Positions 25,401-37,649 of a stretch of 64,000 bases of DNA are shown in pieces. The notes beneath the pieces were generated by a model. It saw nothing but the letters and a program-made list of their open reading frames with translations, did not search any database and had not been told where the DNA came from. The stretch lies in the NCBI GenBank assembly GCA_964016885.1, contig OZ024743.1:134974001-135038000 (forward strand), written 5' to 3'. Origin of the DNA: Eledone cirrhosa (taxonomy: Eukaryota). Made by a program: the position numbers and the translations under genes. Each line of letters starts with the position of its first letter. Position 1 is the first letter of the stretch.

Positions 25401-28400
25401 TTTTTTCTTTGGTGCTTGGTGCTTGGTGTTTGGTGCTTGGTGCTTGGTGTTTGGTGGTTGGTGCTTGGTGCTTGGTGATTGGTGCTTGGTGTTTGATGTG
25501 TGGTGCTTGGTGCTTGGTGTTTGGTATTTGGTGCTTGGTGGTTGGTGCTTGGTGTTTGGTGCTGTGTGCTTGGTGCTTGTTGTTTGGTGCTTGGTTCTAG
25601 GTGTTTGGTGTTTGGTGCTTGGTTTGGTGTTTCGTGTTTGGTGCTTGGTACTTGGTGTTTTATGTTTGGTGTTTGGTGCTTGGTGCTTGGTGCTTGGTGT
25701 TTGGTGCTTGGTGCTTGGTGCTTGGTGCTTGGTGTTTGATGTTTAGTGCTTGGTGCTTGGTATTTGGTGTGTGGTGCTTGGTGCTTGTTGTTTGGTGTTT
25801 GGTGCTTGGTGCTTGGTGTTTGGTGATTGGTGCTTGGTGCTTGTTGTTTGGTCTTTGGCGCTTGATGCTTGGTGTTTGTGGCTTGGTGCTTGGTTCTTGG
25901 TGTTTGGTGCTTGGTGTTTGGTGCTTGGTGTTTGGTGCTTGCTGCTTGGTGCTTGCTGTTTGGTGTTTAGTGCTTGGAGCTTGGTGCTTGCTGCTTGGTG
26001 CTTGGTGATTTGTGCTTGGTGCTTGGTGTTTGGTGTTTGGTGCTTGGTGAATGGTGTTTGGTGCTTGGTGCTTGTTGTTTGGTGCTTGGTGCTTGGTGCT
26101 TGGTGTTTGGTGCTTGGTGCTTGGTGTTTGGTGCTTGGTGCTTGGTGTTTGGTGTATGGTGCTTGGTGCTTGGTGTTTGGTCTTGGTGTTTGGTGCTTGG
26201 TGCTTGGTGCTTGGTGTTTGGTGTTTGGTGCTTGGTGCTTGTTGTTAGGTGTTTGGTGCTTGGTGTTTGGTGTTTGGTGCTTGGTGCTTGGTGTTTGGTA
26301 TTTGGTGCTTGGTGCTTGGTGCTTGGTGTTTGGTGTTTGGTGTTTGGTGCTTGGTGCTTGGCATTTGGTGTTTCTCGTTTGATGTTTGGCATTTTCTGTT
26401 TGCTGTTTGGTGTTTGCTGCTTGCTATTTGGTGTTTTGTGTTTGATGTTTGGTGTTTGCTGTTCGGCGTTTGCCGTTTGGTGTTTTCTGTTTGCTGTTTG
26501 GTGTTTGATGTTTGGTGATTGGTGTTTGGTGCTTGCTGCTTGGTGCTTGGTGTTTGGTGCTTGGTGCTTGTTACTTGGTGCTTGGTGTTTGGTGTTTGGT
26601 ACTTGGTGCTTGGTGTTTGGTGTTTGGTGCTTGGTGCTTGGTGTTTGGTGTTTGGTGCTTGGTGCTTGGTGTTTGGTGATTGGTGCTTGGTGCTTGGTGT
26701 TTGGTGCTTGGTGCTTGGTCTTTGGTACTTGATGGTTGGTGCTTGGTCTTTGGTGCTTGGTGCTTGGTGCTTGGTGCTTGGTGTTTGGTGCTTGGTGCTT
26801 GGTGCTTGGTGTTTGGTGCTTGGTCCTTGGTGCTTGGTGTTTGGTGCTTGGTGTTTGGTCCTTGCTGCTTGGTGATTGGTGCTTTGTGCTTGGTGCTTAT
26901 TGTTTGGTGTTTGGTGCTTGGTGATTGGTGCTTGGTGCTTGGTGCTTGGTGCTTGTTGTTTGGTGCTTGGTGCTTGGTGCTTGGTGTTTGGTGCTTGGTG
27001 CTTGGTGCTTGGTGTTTGGTGTTTGGTGTTTGGTGCTTGGTGTTTGGTGTTTGGTGTCTGGTGCCTGGTGCTTGGTGTTTGGTGCTTGGTGCTTGCTGAT
27101 TGGTGCTTCGTGCTTGGTGTTTGGTGTTTGGTGCTTGGTGCTTTGTGTTTGGTGCTTGGTGCTTGGTGCTTGGTGCTTGGTGTTTGGTGTTTGGTGCTTG
27201 GGGCTTGGTGTCTGGTGTTTGGTGCTTGGTGCTTGGTGCTTGCTGTTTTGTGTTTGGTGTTTGGTGTTTGGTGCTTGGTGTTTGGTGTTTGGTGTTTGCT
27301 GTTTGGTGTTTGGTGTTTGCTGTTTGGTATTTGCTATTTTGTGTTTGGTGTTTGCAGTTTGGTGTTTGCTGTTTGGTGTTTGCTGTGTGGTGTTTGGTGT
27401 TTGGTGCTTGGTGCTTGGTGTTTGGTGCTTGGTGCTTGGTGCTTGGTGCTTGGTGCTTGGTGCGTTGTGTTTGGTGCTTGGTGCTTGGTGCTTTGTACTT
27501 GGTGCTTGGTGTTTGGTGTTTGGTGTTTGGTGCTGGGTGCTTGGTGTTTGGTGCTTGGTGCTTGGTGCTTGGTGTTTGGTGCTTGGTGTTTGCTATTTGG
27601 TGTTTGGTGCTTGGTGCTTGGTGTTTGGTGCTTGGTGTTTGGTGTTTAGTGCTTGGTGCTTGGTGTTTGGTGTTTGGTGCTTGGTGTTTGCTGTTTGATG
27701 TTTGCTGTGTGGTGTTCGGTGTTTAGTGCTTCGTGCTTGGTGTTTGGTGTTTGGTGCTTGGTGCTTGGTGTTTGGTGCTTGGTGCTTGGTGCTTGGTGCT
27801 TGGTGCTTGGTGCTTGGTGCTTGGTGCGTTGTGTTTGGTGCTTGGTGCTTGGTGCTTTGTACTTGGTGCTTGGTGTTTGGTGTTTGGTGTTTGGTGCTGG
27901 GTGCTTGGTGTTTGGTGCTTGGTGCTTGGTGCTTGGTGTTTGGTGCTTGGTGTTTGCTATTTGGTGTTTGGTGCTTGGTGCTTGGTGTTTGGTGCTTGGT
28001 GTTTGGTGTTTAGTGCTTGGTGCTTGGTGTTTGGTGTTTGGTGCTTGGTGTTTGCTGTTTGATGTTTGCTGTGTGGTGTTCGGTGTTTAGTGCTTGGTGC
28101 TTGGTGTTTGGTGTTTGGTGCTTGGTGCTTGGTGTTTGGTGCTTGGTGCTTGGTGCTTGGTGCTTGGTGCTTGGTGTTTGGTGCTTGGTGCTTGGTGTTT
28201 GGTGTTTGGTGCTTGGTGCTTGGTGTTTGGTGCTTGGTGCTTGGTGCTTGGTGCTTGGTGCTTGGTGCTTTGTGTTTGGAGCTTGGTGCTTGGTGTTTGG
28301 TGTTTAGTGCTTGGTGCTTGGTGTTTGGTGCTTGCTGCTTGGTGCTTGGTGTTTGCTCTTTGGTGCTTGATGCTTGCTGTTTGGTGCTTGGTGCTTGGTG

Positions 28401-29900
28401 TTTGGTACTTGGTGCTTGGTGCTTGGTGCTTTGTGTTTGGTGCTTGGTGCTTGGTGTTTGGTGTTTAGTGCTTGGTGCTTGGTGTTTGGTGTTTGGTGCT
28501 TGGTGGTTGGTGTTTGCTGTTTGGTGCTTGCTGCTTGGTGCTTGGTATTTGCTCTTTAGTGCTTGATGCTTGCTGTTTGGTGCTTGGTATATGGTGTTTG
28601 GTACTTGGTGCTTGGTGCTTGGTGCTTTGTGTTTGGTGCTTGGTGCTTGGTGTTTGGTGTTTAGTGCTTGGTGCTTGGTGTTTGATGTTTAGTGCTTGGT
28701 GCTTGGTATTTGGTGTGTGGTGCTTGGTGCTTGTTGTTTGGTGTTTGGTGCTTGGTGCTTGGTGTTTGGTGATTGGTGCTTGGTGCTTGTTGTTTGGTCT
28801 TTGGCGCTTGATGCTTGGTGTTTGTGGCTTGGTGCTTGGTTCTTGGTGTTTGGTGCTTGGTGTTTGGTGCTTGGTGTTTGGTGCTTGCTGCTTGGTGCTT
28901 GCTGTTTGGTGTTTAGTGCTTGGAGCTTGGTGCTTGCTGCTTGGTGCTTGGTGATTTGTGCTTGGTGCTTGGTGTTTGGTGTTTGGTGCTTGGTGAATGG
29001 TGTTTGGTGCTTGGTGCTTGTTGTTTGGTGCTTGGTGCTTGGTGCTTGGTGTTTGGTGCTTGGTGCTTGATGTTTGGTGTATGGTGCTTGGTGCTTGGTG
29101 TTTGGTCTTGGTGTTTGGTGCTTGGTGCTTGGTGCTTGGTGTTTGGTGTTTGGTGCTTGGTGCTTGTTGTTAGGTGTTTGGTGCTTGGTGTTTGGTGTTT
29201 GGTGCTTGGTGCTTGGTGTTTGGTATTTGGTGCTTGGTGCTTGGTGCTTGGTGTTTGGTGTTTGGTGTTTGGTGCTTGGTGCTTGGCATTTGGTGTTTCT
29301 CGTTTGATGTTTGGCATTTTCTGTTTGCTGTTTGGTGTTTGCTGCTTGCTATTTGGTGTTTTGTGTTTGATGTTTGGTGTTTGCTGATTGGCGTTTGCCG
29401 TTTGGTGTTTTCTGTTTGCTGTTTGGTGTTTGATGTTTGGTGATTGGTGTTTGGTGCTTGCTGCTTGGTGCTTGGTGTTTGGTGCTTGGTGCTTGTTACT
29501 TGGTGCTTGGTGTTTGGTGTTTGGTACTTGGTGCTTGGTGTTTGGTGTTTGGTGCTTGGTGCTTGGTGTTTGGTGTTTGGTGCTTGGTGCTTGGTGTTTG
29601 GTGATTGGTGCTTGGTGCTTGGTGTTTGGTGCTTGGTGCTAGGTGTTTGGTGTTTGGCGCTTGGTGCTTGGTGTTTGGTGCTTGGTGCTTGGTGTTTGGT
29701 GTTTGGTGCTTGGTCTTTGGTACTTGATGGTTGGTGCTTGGTCTTTGGTGCTTGGTGCTTGGTGCTTGGTGCTTGGTGTTTGGTGCTTGGTGCTTGGTGC
29801 TTGGTGTTTGGTGCTTGGTCCTTGGTGCTTGGTGTTTGGTGCTTGGTGTTTGGTCCTTGCTGCTTGGTGATTGGTGCTTTGTGCTTGGTGCTTATTGTTT
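19480..29900 (+). repeat. Higher-order repeat, period about 4.8-5.35 kb, each unit made of two related sub-units of about 2.4-2.9 kb
   Basis: ORF pairs 20137/24997, 20890/25750 and 21107/25967 (offset 4860), 22086/26876 (4790), 23346/28696 (5350). gaatgg marker at 21189, 23645, 26049, 28995. Confidence 0.85.
27440..28180 (+). repeat. 364-bp (52-monomer) tandem duplication
   Basis: tgcgttgtg at 27461 and 27825. ORF starts 27653/28017 and 27702/28066. Confidence 0.85.
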
Positions 29901-30459
29901 GGTGTTTGGTGCTTGGTGATTGGTGCTTGGTGCTTGGAGCTTGGTGCTTGTTGTTTGGTGCTTGGTACTTGGTGCTTGGTGTTTGGTGCTTGGTGCTTGG
30001 TGCTTGGTGTTTGGTGTTTGGTGTTTGGTGCTTGGTGTTTGGTGTTTGGTGTCTGGTGCCTGGTGCTTGGTGTTTGGTGCTTGGTGCTTGATGATTGGTG
30101 CTTCGTGCTTGGTGTTTGGTGTTTGGTGCTTGGTGCTTCGTGTTTGGTGTTTGGTGCTTGGTGTTTGGTGTTTGGTGCTTGGTGCTTGGTGCTTGGTGCT
30201 TGGTGTTTGGTGTTTGGTGCTTGGGGCTTGGTGTCTGGTGTTTGGTGCTTGGTGCTTGGTGCTTGCTGTTTTGTGTTTGGTGTTTGGTGTTTGGTGCTTG
30301 GTGTTTGGTGTTTGGTGTTTGCTGTTTGGTGTTTGGTGTTTGCTGTTTGGTATTTGCTATTTTGTGTTTGGTGTTTGCAGTTTGGTGTTTGCTGTTTGGT
30401 GTTTGCTGTGTGGTGTTTGGTGTTTGGTGCTTGGTGCTTGGTGTTTGGTGCTTGGTGCT

Positions 30460-31200
30460 TGGTGCTTGGTGCTTGGTGCTTGGTGCGTTGTGTTTGGTGC
30501 TTGGTGCTTGGTGCTTTGTACTTGGTGCTTGGTGTTTGGTGTTTGGTGTTTGGTGCTGGGTGCTTGGTGTTTGGTGCTTGGTGCTTGGTGCTTGGTGTTT
30601 GGTGCTTGGTGTTTGCTATTTGGTGTTTGGTGCTTGGTGCTTGGTGTTTGGTGCTTGGTGTTTGGTGTTTAGTGCTTGGTGCTTGGTGTTTGGTGTTTGG
30701 TGCTTGGTGTTTGCTGTTTGATGTTTGCTGTGTGGTGTTCGGTGTTTAGTGCTTGGTGCTTGGTGTTTGGTGTTTGGTGCTTGGTGCTTGGTGTTTGGTG
30801 CTTGGTGCTTGGTGCTTGGTGCTTGGTGCTTGGTGTTTGGTGCTTGGTGCGTTGTGTTTGGTGCTTGGTGCTTGGTGCATTGTACTTGGTGCTTGGTGTT
30901 TGGTGTTTGGTGTTTGGTGCTGGGTGCTTGGTGTTTGGTGCTTGGTGCTTGGTGTTTGGTGTTTGGTGCTTGGTGTTTGCTATTTGGTGTTTGGTGCTTG
31001 GTGCTTGGTGTTTGGTGCTTGGTGTTTGGTGTTTAGTGCTTGGTGCTTGGTGTTTGGTGTTTGGTGCTTGGTGTTTGCTGTTTGATGTTTGCTGTGTGGT
31101 GTTCGGTGTTTAGTGCTTGGTGCTTGGTGTTTGGTGTTTGGTGCTTGGTGCTTGGTGTTTGGTGCTTGGTGCTTGGTGCTTGGTGCTTGGTGCTTGGTGT
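30460..31200 (+). repeat. Second instance of the 364-bp tandem duplication
   Basis: tgcgttgtg at 30484 and 30848. ORF starts 30676/31040 and 30725/31089. Confidence 0.85.
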
Positions 31201-34200
31201 TTGGTGCTTGGTGCTTGGTGTTTGGTGTTTGGTGCTTGGTGCTTGGTGTTTGGTGCTTGGTGCTTGGTGCTTGGTGCTTGGTGCTTGGTGCTTTGTGTTT
31301 GGAGCTTGGTGCTTGGTGTTTGGTGTTTAGTGCTTGGTGCTTGGTGTTTGGTGCTTGCTGCTTGGTGCTTGGTGTTTGCTCTTTGGTGCTTGATGCTTGC
31401 TGTTTGGTGCTTGGTGCTTGGTGTTTGGTACTTGGTGCTTGGTGCTTGGTGCTTTGTGTTTGGTGCTTGGTGCTTGGTGTTTGGTGTTTAGTGCTTGGTG
31501 CTTGGTGTTTGGTGTTTGGTGCTTGGTGGTTGGTGTTTGCTGTTTGGTGCTTGATGCTTGGTGCTTGGTGCTTGGTGTTTGGTGCTTGGTGCTTGGTGCT
31601 TGGTGCTTGGTGCTTGGTGTTTGGTGCTTGGTGCATGGTGTTTGGTGTTTGGTGCTTGGTGCTTGGTGTTTGGTGCTTGGTGCTTGTTGTTTGGTGTTTG
31701 GTGTTTGGTGTTTGGCACTTGGTGCTTGGTGTTTGGTGCTTGGTGTTTGGTGCTTGGTGCTTGGTGTTTGGTGTTTGGTGCTTGGTGATTGGTTCTTGGT
31801 GCTTGGTGCTTGGTGTTTGGTGTTTGGTGCTTGGTGCTTGGTGCTTGCTGCTTGGTGCTTGGCGCTTTGTACTTGGTGCTTGGTGTTTGGTGTTTGGTGC
31901 TGGGTGTTTGGTGCTTGGTGCTTGGTGCTTGGTGCTTGGTGCTTGGTGTTTTGTGTTTGGTGCTTGGTGCTTGGTGTTTGGTGTTTAGTGCTTGGTGCTT
32001 GGTGTTTGGTGTTTGATGCTTGGTGCTTGGTGTTTGGTGTTTGGTGCTTGGTGCTTGGTGTTTGCTGTTTGGTGCTTGATGCTTGGTGTTTGGTGTTTGG
32101 TGCTTGGTGTTTGGTGCTTGGTGCTTGGTGTTTGGTGTTTGCTGCTTGGTGTTTGGTGCTTGGAGCTTGGTGCTTGGTGTTTGGTGCTTGGTGCTTGGTG
32201 TTTGCTGTTTGGTGCTTGATGCTTGGTGTTTGGTGTTTGGTGCTTGGTGTTTGGTGCTTGGTGCTTGGTGTTTGCTGTTTGCTGTTTGCTGTTAGGTGTT
32301 TGCTATTTGGTGTTTGGTGTTTGCTGTTTGGTGTTTGCTGTTTGGTGTTTGGTGCTGGGTGCTTGGTGTTTGGTGCTTGGTGCTTGGTGCTTGGTGCTTG
32401 GTGCTTGGTATTTTGTGTTTGGTGCTTGGTGCTTGGTGTTTGGTGTTTAGTGCTTGGTGCTTGGTGTTTGGTGTTTGATGCTTGGTGCTTGGTGTTTGGT
32501 GTTTGGTGCTTGGTGCTTGGTGTTTGCTGTTTGGTGCTTGATGCTTGGTGTTTGGTGTTTGGTGCTTGGTGTTTGGTGCTTGGTGCTTGGTGTTTGGTGT
32601 TTGGTGTTTGGTGCTTGTTACTTGGTGTTTTGTGTTTGGTGCTTGGTGCTTGGTGCTTGGTGCTTGGTGTTTGGTGTTTAGTGCTTGGTGCTTGGTATTT
32701 GGTGCTTGGTGCTTGGTGTTTGGTGTTTGGTGCTTGGTGTTTGGTGTTTGGCCTTTGGCGCTTGGTGCTTGGTGTTTGGTGCTTGGTGCTTGTTGTTTGG
32801 TGTTTGGCGTTTGGTGTTTGGTGCTAGGTGCTTTGTGCTTGGTGCTTGGTTTTTGGTGTTTGGTGCTTGGTGTTTGGTGTTTAGTGTTTGGTGTTTGGTG
32901 CTTGGTGATTGGTCTTTGGTTCTCGGTGTTTCGTGTTTGGTGTTTGGTGCTTGGTGCTTGGTGTTTGGTGTTTGGTGCTTGGTGCTTGGTGATTGGTGCT
33001 TGTTGCTTGGTGCTTGGTGTTTGGTGCTTGGTGTTTGGTGTTTGGTGTTTGGTGTTTGCTGTTTGCTGTTTGGTGTTTGCTGTTTGGTGTTTGCTGTTTG
33101 GTTTTTGGTGTTTGCTGTTTGGTGTTTGGTGTTTGCTGTTTGGTGTTTGGTGTTTGCTGTTTGCTGTTTGGTGTTTGGTGTTTGCTGTTTGGTGATTGGT
33201 GTTTGGTGTTTGGTATTTGGTGCTTGGTGCTTGGTGCTTGGTGCTTGGTGTTTGGTGTTTGGTACTTGGTGCTAGGTGTTTGGTGTTTGGTGCTTGGTGC
33301 TTGGTGCTTGGTGCTTGGTATCTGGTGCTTGGTGTTTGTACTTGGTGCTTGGTGTTTGGTGTTTGATGCTTGGTGCTTGGTGTTTGGTTCTTGGTGCTTG
33401 GTGTTTGCTGTTTGGTGTTTGCTGGTTGGTGTTTGCTGTTTGGTTTTTGGTGTTTGCTGTTTGGTGTTTGGTGTTTGCTGTTTGGTGTTTGGTGTTTGGT
33501 GTTTGCTGTTTGCTGTTTGTGTTTGTTGTTTGGTGCTTGGTGCTTGCTGTTTGTTCCTTGGTAATTGGTGCTTGGTGATTGGTGCTTGGTGCCTGGTCTT
33601 TGGTGTTTGGTGTTTGGTGCTTGGTGCTTGGTGTTTGATGTGTGGTGCTTGGTGCTTGGTGTTTGGTATTTGGTGCTTGGTGCTTGGTGCTTGGTGTTTG
33701 GTGCTTGGTGCTTGGTGTTTGGTTCTTGGTGCTAGGTATTTGGTGTTTGGTGCGTGGTGCTTGGTGTTTGGTGCTTGGTGCTTTGTGCTTGGTGCTTGGT
33801 GCTTGGTGCTTGGCGTTTGGTATTTGTCGTTTGATGTTTGGCAATTTCTGTTTGTTGTCTGGTGTTAGCTGTTTGGTGTTTGGTGTTTGCTGTTTGGTGT
33901 TTGCTGTTTGGTGTTTTGTATTTGATGTTTGGTGTTTGGTGTTTGCTGTTTGCTGTTTGGTGTTTGCTGTTTGCTGTTTGGTGTTTGGTGTTTGGTGCTT
34001 GGTGCTTGGTGCTTGGTGCTTGGTGTTTGGCGCTTGGTGCTTGGTACTTGGTGTTTGGTGTTTGGTGCTTGGTGCTTGGTGTTTGGTGTTTGGTGCTTGA
34101 AGCTTGGTGTTTGGTGATTGGTGCTTGGAGCTTGGTCTTTGGTGCTTGGTGCTTGGTGTTTGGTGTTTGGCGCTTGGTGCTTGGTGTTTGGTGCTTGGTG

Positions 34201-35049
34201 TTTGGTGATTGGTGCTTGGTGTTTGGTGTTTGGTGCTTGGTGTTTGGTGTTTGGTGCTTGGGGCTTGGTGCTTGGTGTTTGGTGCTTGGTGCTTGGTGTT
34301 TGGTGTTTGGTGATTGGTGTTTGGTGTTTGGTGTTTGGTGCTTGGTGCTTGGTGCTTGGTGCTTGGTGTTTGGTGTTTGGCATTTGGTGTTTGGTACTTG
34401 GTGCTTGGTGCTTGGTTTTTGGTGTTTGGTGATTGGTGATTGGTGCTTGGTGATTGGTGTTTGGTGCTTGGTGATTGGTGTTTGGTTGTTGGTGCTTGGT
34501 TCTTGTTGTTTGGTGCTTGGTGCTTGGTGTTTGGTGCTTGGTGCTTGGTGCTTGGTGCTTGGTGCTTGCTGTTTGGTGTTTGGTGCTTGGTGCTTGGTGT
34601 TTGGTGTTTGGTGTTTGGTGTTTGCTGTTTGGTGTTTGGTGTTTGCTGTTTGGTGTTTGGTGTGTGGCGTTTGGTGTTTGATGTGTGGTGCTTCGTGCTT
34701 GGTGTTTGGTATTTGGTGCTTGGTGCTTGGTGCTTGGTTCTTGGTGTTTGGTGCTTGGTGCTTGGTGCTTGGTGTTTGGTGCTTGGTACTTGGTGTTTGG
34801 TGCTTGGTTCTTGGTGTTTGGTGTTTGGTGTTTGGTGCTTGGTGCTTGGTGCTTGGTGTTTGGTGTTTGGTGTTTGGTGCTTGTTACTTTGTGTTTTGTG
34901 TTTGGTGTTTGGTGCTTGGTGCTTGGGTTTTGGTGCTTGGTGCTTGATGCTTGGTGCTTGGTGTTTCGTGTTTAGTGCTTGGTGCTTGGTATTTGGTGCT
35001 TGGTGCTTGGTGTTTGGTGTTTGGTGCTTGGTGCTTAGTGTTTGGTGCT

Positions 35050-35440
35050 TGGTGCTTGGTGTTTGGTGTTTGGCGCTTGGTGCTTGGTGTTTGGTGCTTG
35101 GTGTTTGGTGCTTGGTGCTTGGTGTTTGGTGTTTGGTGCTTGGTGTTTGGTGTTTGGTGCTTGGGGCTTGGTGCTTGGTGTTTGGTGCTTGGTGCTTGCT
35201 GTTTGCTGTTTGGTGCTTGATGCTTGGTGTTTGGTGTTTGGTGCTTGGTGTTTGGTGTTTGGCGCTTGGTGCTTGGTGTTTGGTGCTTGGTGTTTGGTGC
35301 TTGGTGCTTGGTGTTTGGTGTTTGGTGCTTGGTGTTTGGTGTTTGGTGCTTGGGGCTTGGTGCTTGGTGTTTGGTGCTTGGTGCTTGCTGTTTGCTGTTT
35401 GGTGCTTGATGCTTGGTGTTTGGTGTTTGGTGCTTGGTGT
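35050..35440 (+). repeat. 189-bp (27-monomer) tandem duplication
   Basis: ttggggctt at 35161 and 35350, each followed by cttgctgtttgctgtttggtgcttgatg. ORF starts 35224/35413. Confidence 0.75.
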
Positions 35441-37649
35441 TTGGTGCTTGGTGCTTGGTGTTTGGTGTTTCCTGTTTGCTGTTTGGTGTTTGCTATTTGG
35501 TGTTTGGTGTTTGCTGTTTGGTGATTGGTGTCTGGTGTTTGGTGTTTGGTGCTTGGTGCTTGGTGCTTGGTGCTTGGTGTTTGGTGTTTGGTGCTTGGTG
35601 CTAGGTGTTTGGTGTTTGGTGCTTGGTGCTTGGTGCTTGGTGCTTGGTGATTGGTGCTTGGTGTTTGGTGTGTGGTGTTTGGTGTTTGATGTGTGGTGCT
35701 TGGTGCTTGGTGTTTGGTATTTGGTGCTTGGTGCTTGGTGCTTGGTTCTTGGTGTTTGGTGCTTGGTGCTTGGTGCTTGGTGTTTGGTACTTGGTGCTAG
35801 GTGTTTGGTGCTTGGTGCTTGGTGCTTTGTGTTTGGTGCTTGGTCCTTGATGCTTGATGTTTGGTGCTTGGTGCTTGGTACTTGGTGTTTGGTGCTTGGT
35901 GCTTGGTGTTTGGTGTTTGGTGTTTGGTGCTTGGTGCTTGGTGCTTGGTGTTTGGTGTTTGGTGTTTGGTGCTTGTTACTTTGTGTTTTGTGTTTGGCGT
36001 TTGGTGCTTGGTGCTTGGTGTTTGGTGCTTGGTGCTTGGTGCTTGGTGCTTGGTGTTTGGTGTTTGGTGCTTAGTGCTTGGTGTTTGGTGTTTGGCGTTT
36101 GGTGTTTGGTGCTTGGTGCTTTGTGCTTGGTGCTTGGTTTTTGGTGTTTGGTGCTTGGTGTTTGGTGTTTGGTGTTTGGTGTTTGGTGCTTGGTGATTGG
36201 TGTTTGGTGCTCGGTGTTTGGTGTTTGGTGTTTGGTGCTTGGTGCTTGGTGTTTGGTGTTTGGTGCTTGGTGCTTGGTGATTGGTGCTTGTTGCTTGGTG
36301 CTTGGTGTTTGGTGCTTGGTGTTTGGTGTTTGGTATTTGGTGTTTGCTGTTTGCTGTTTTGTGTTTGCTATTTGGTGTTTGCTGTTTGGTGTTTGGTGTT
36401 TACTGTTTGGTGTTTGGTGTTTGCTGTTTGGTGTTTGGTGTTTGGTGTTTGGTGCTTGGTGCTTGGTGTTTGGTGTTTGGTGTTTGGTGCTTGTTACTTT
36501 GTGTTTTGTGTTTGTGTTTGGTGCTTGGTGCTTGGTGCTTGGTGTTTGGTGTTTGGTGTTTGGTGCTTGTTACTTTGTGTTTTGTGTTTGTGTTTGCTGT
36601 TTGGTGCTTGGTGCTTGGTGCTTGGTGTTTGTTCCTTGGTGCTTGGTGATTGGTGATTGGTGCTTGGTGCCTGGTCTTTGGTGTTTGGTGTTTGGTGCTT
36701 GGTGCTTGGTGTTTGATGTGTGGTGCTTGGTGCTTGGTGTTTGGTATTTGGTGCTTGGTGCTTGGTGTTTGGTGCTTGGTGCTTGGTGCTTGGTGTTTGG
36801 TGCTTGGTGCTTTGTGCTTGGTGCTTGGTGCTTGGTGCTTGGCGTTTGGTGTTTGTCGTTTGATGTTTGGCATTTTCTGTTTGGTGTTTGGTGTTTGGTG
36901 TTTGCTGTTTGGTGTTTGCTGTTTGGTGTTTGGTGTTTGCTGTTTGGTGTTTGCTGTTTGGTGTTTTGTATTTGATGTTTGGTGTTTGGTGTTTGCTGTT
37001 TGGTGTTTGGTGTTTGGTGTTTGGTGTTTGCTGTATGGTGTTTGGTGTTTGGTGTTTGGTGCTTGGTGCTTGGTGCTTGGTGCTTGGTGTTTGGTGCTTG
37101 GTGCTTGGTACTTGGTGTTTGGTGTTTGGTGCTTGGTGCTTGGTGTTTGGTGTTTGGTGCTTGGTGCTTGGTGTTTGGTGATTGGTGCTTGGTGCTTGGT
37201 GTTTGGTGCTTGGTGCTTGGTGTTTGGTGTTTGGCGCTTGGTGCTTGGTGTTTGGTGCTTGGTGTTTGGGGCTTGGTGCTTGGTGTTTGGTGTTTGGTGC
37301 TTGGTGTTTGGTGTTTGGTGCTTGGGGCTTGGTGCTTGGTGTTTGGTGCTTGGTGCTTGGTGTTTGCTGTTTGGTGCTTGATGCTTGGTGTTTGGTGTTT
37401 GGTGCTTGGTGTTTGGTGCTTGGTGTTTGGTGTTTGGTGCTTGGGGCTTGGTGCTTGGTGTTTGGTGCTTGGTGCTTGGTGTTTGCTGTTTGGTGCTTGA
37501 TGCTTGGTGTTTGGTGTTTGGTGCTTGGTGTTTGGTGCTTGGTGCTTGGTGTTTGGTGTTTCCTGTTTGCTGTTTGGTGTTTGCTATTTGGTGTTTGGTG
37601 TTTGCTGTTTGGTGTTTGGTGTTTGCTGTTTGCTGTTTGGTGATTGGTG

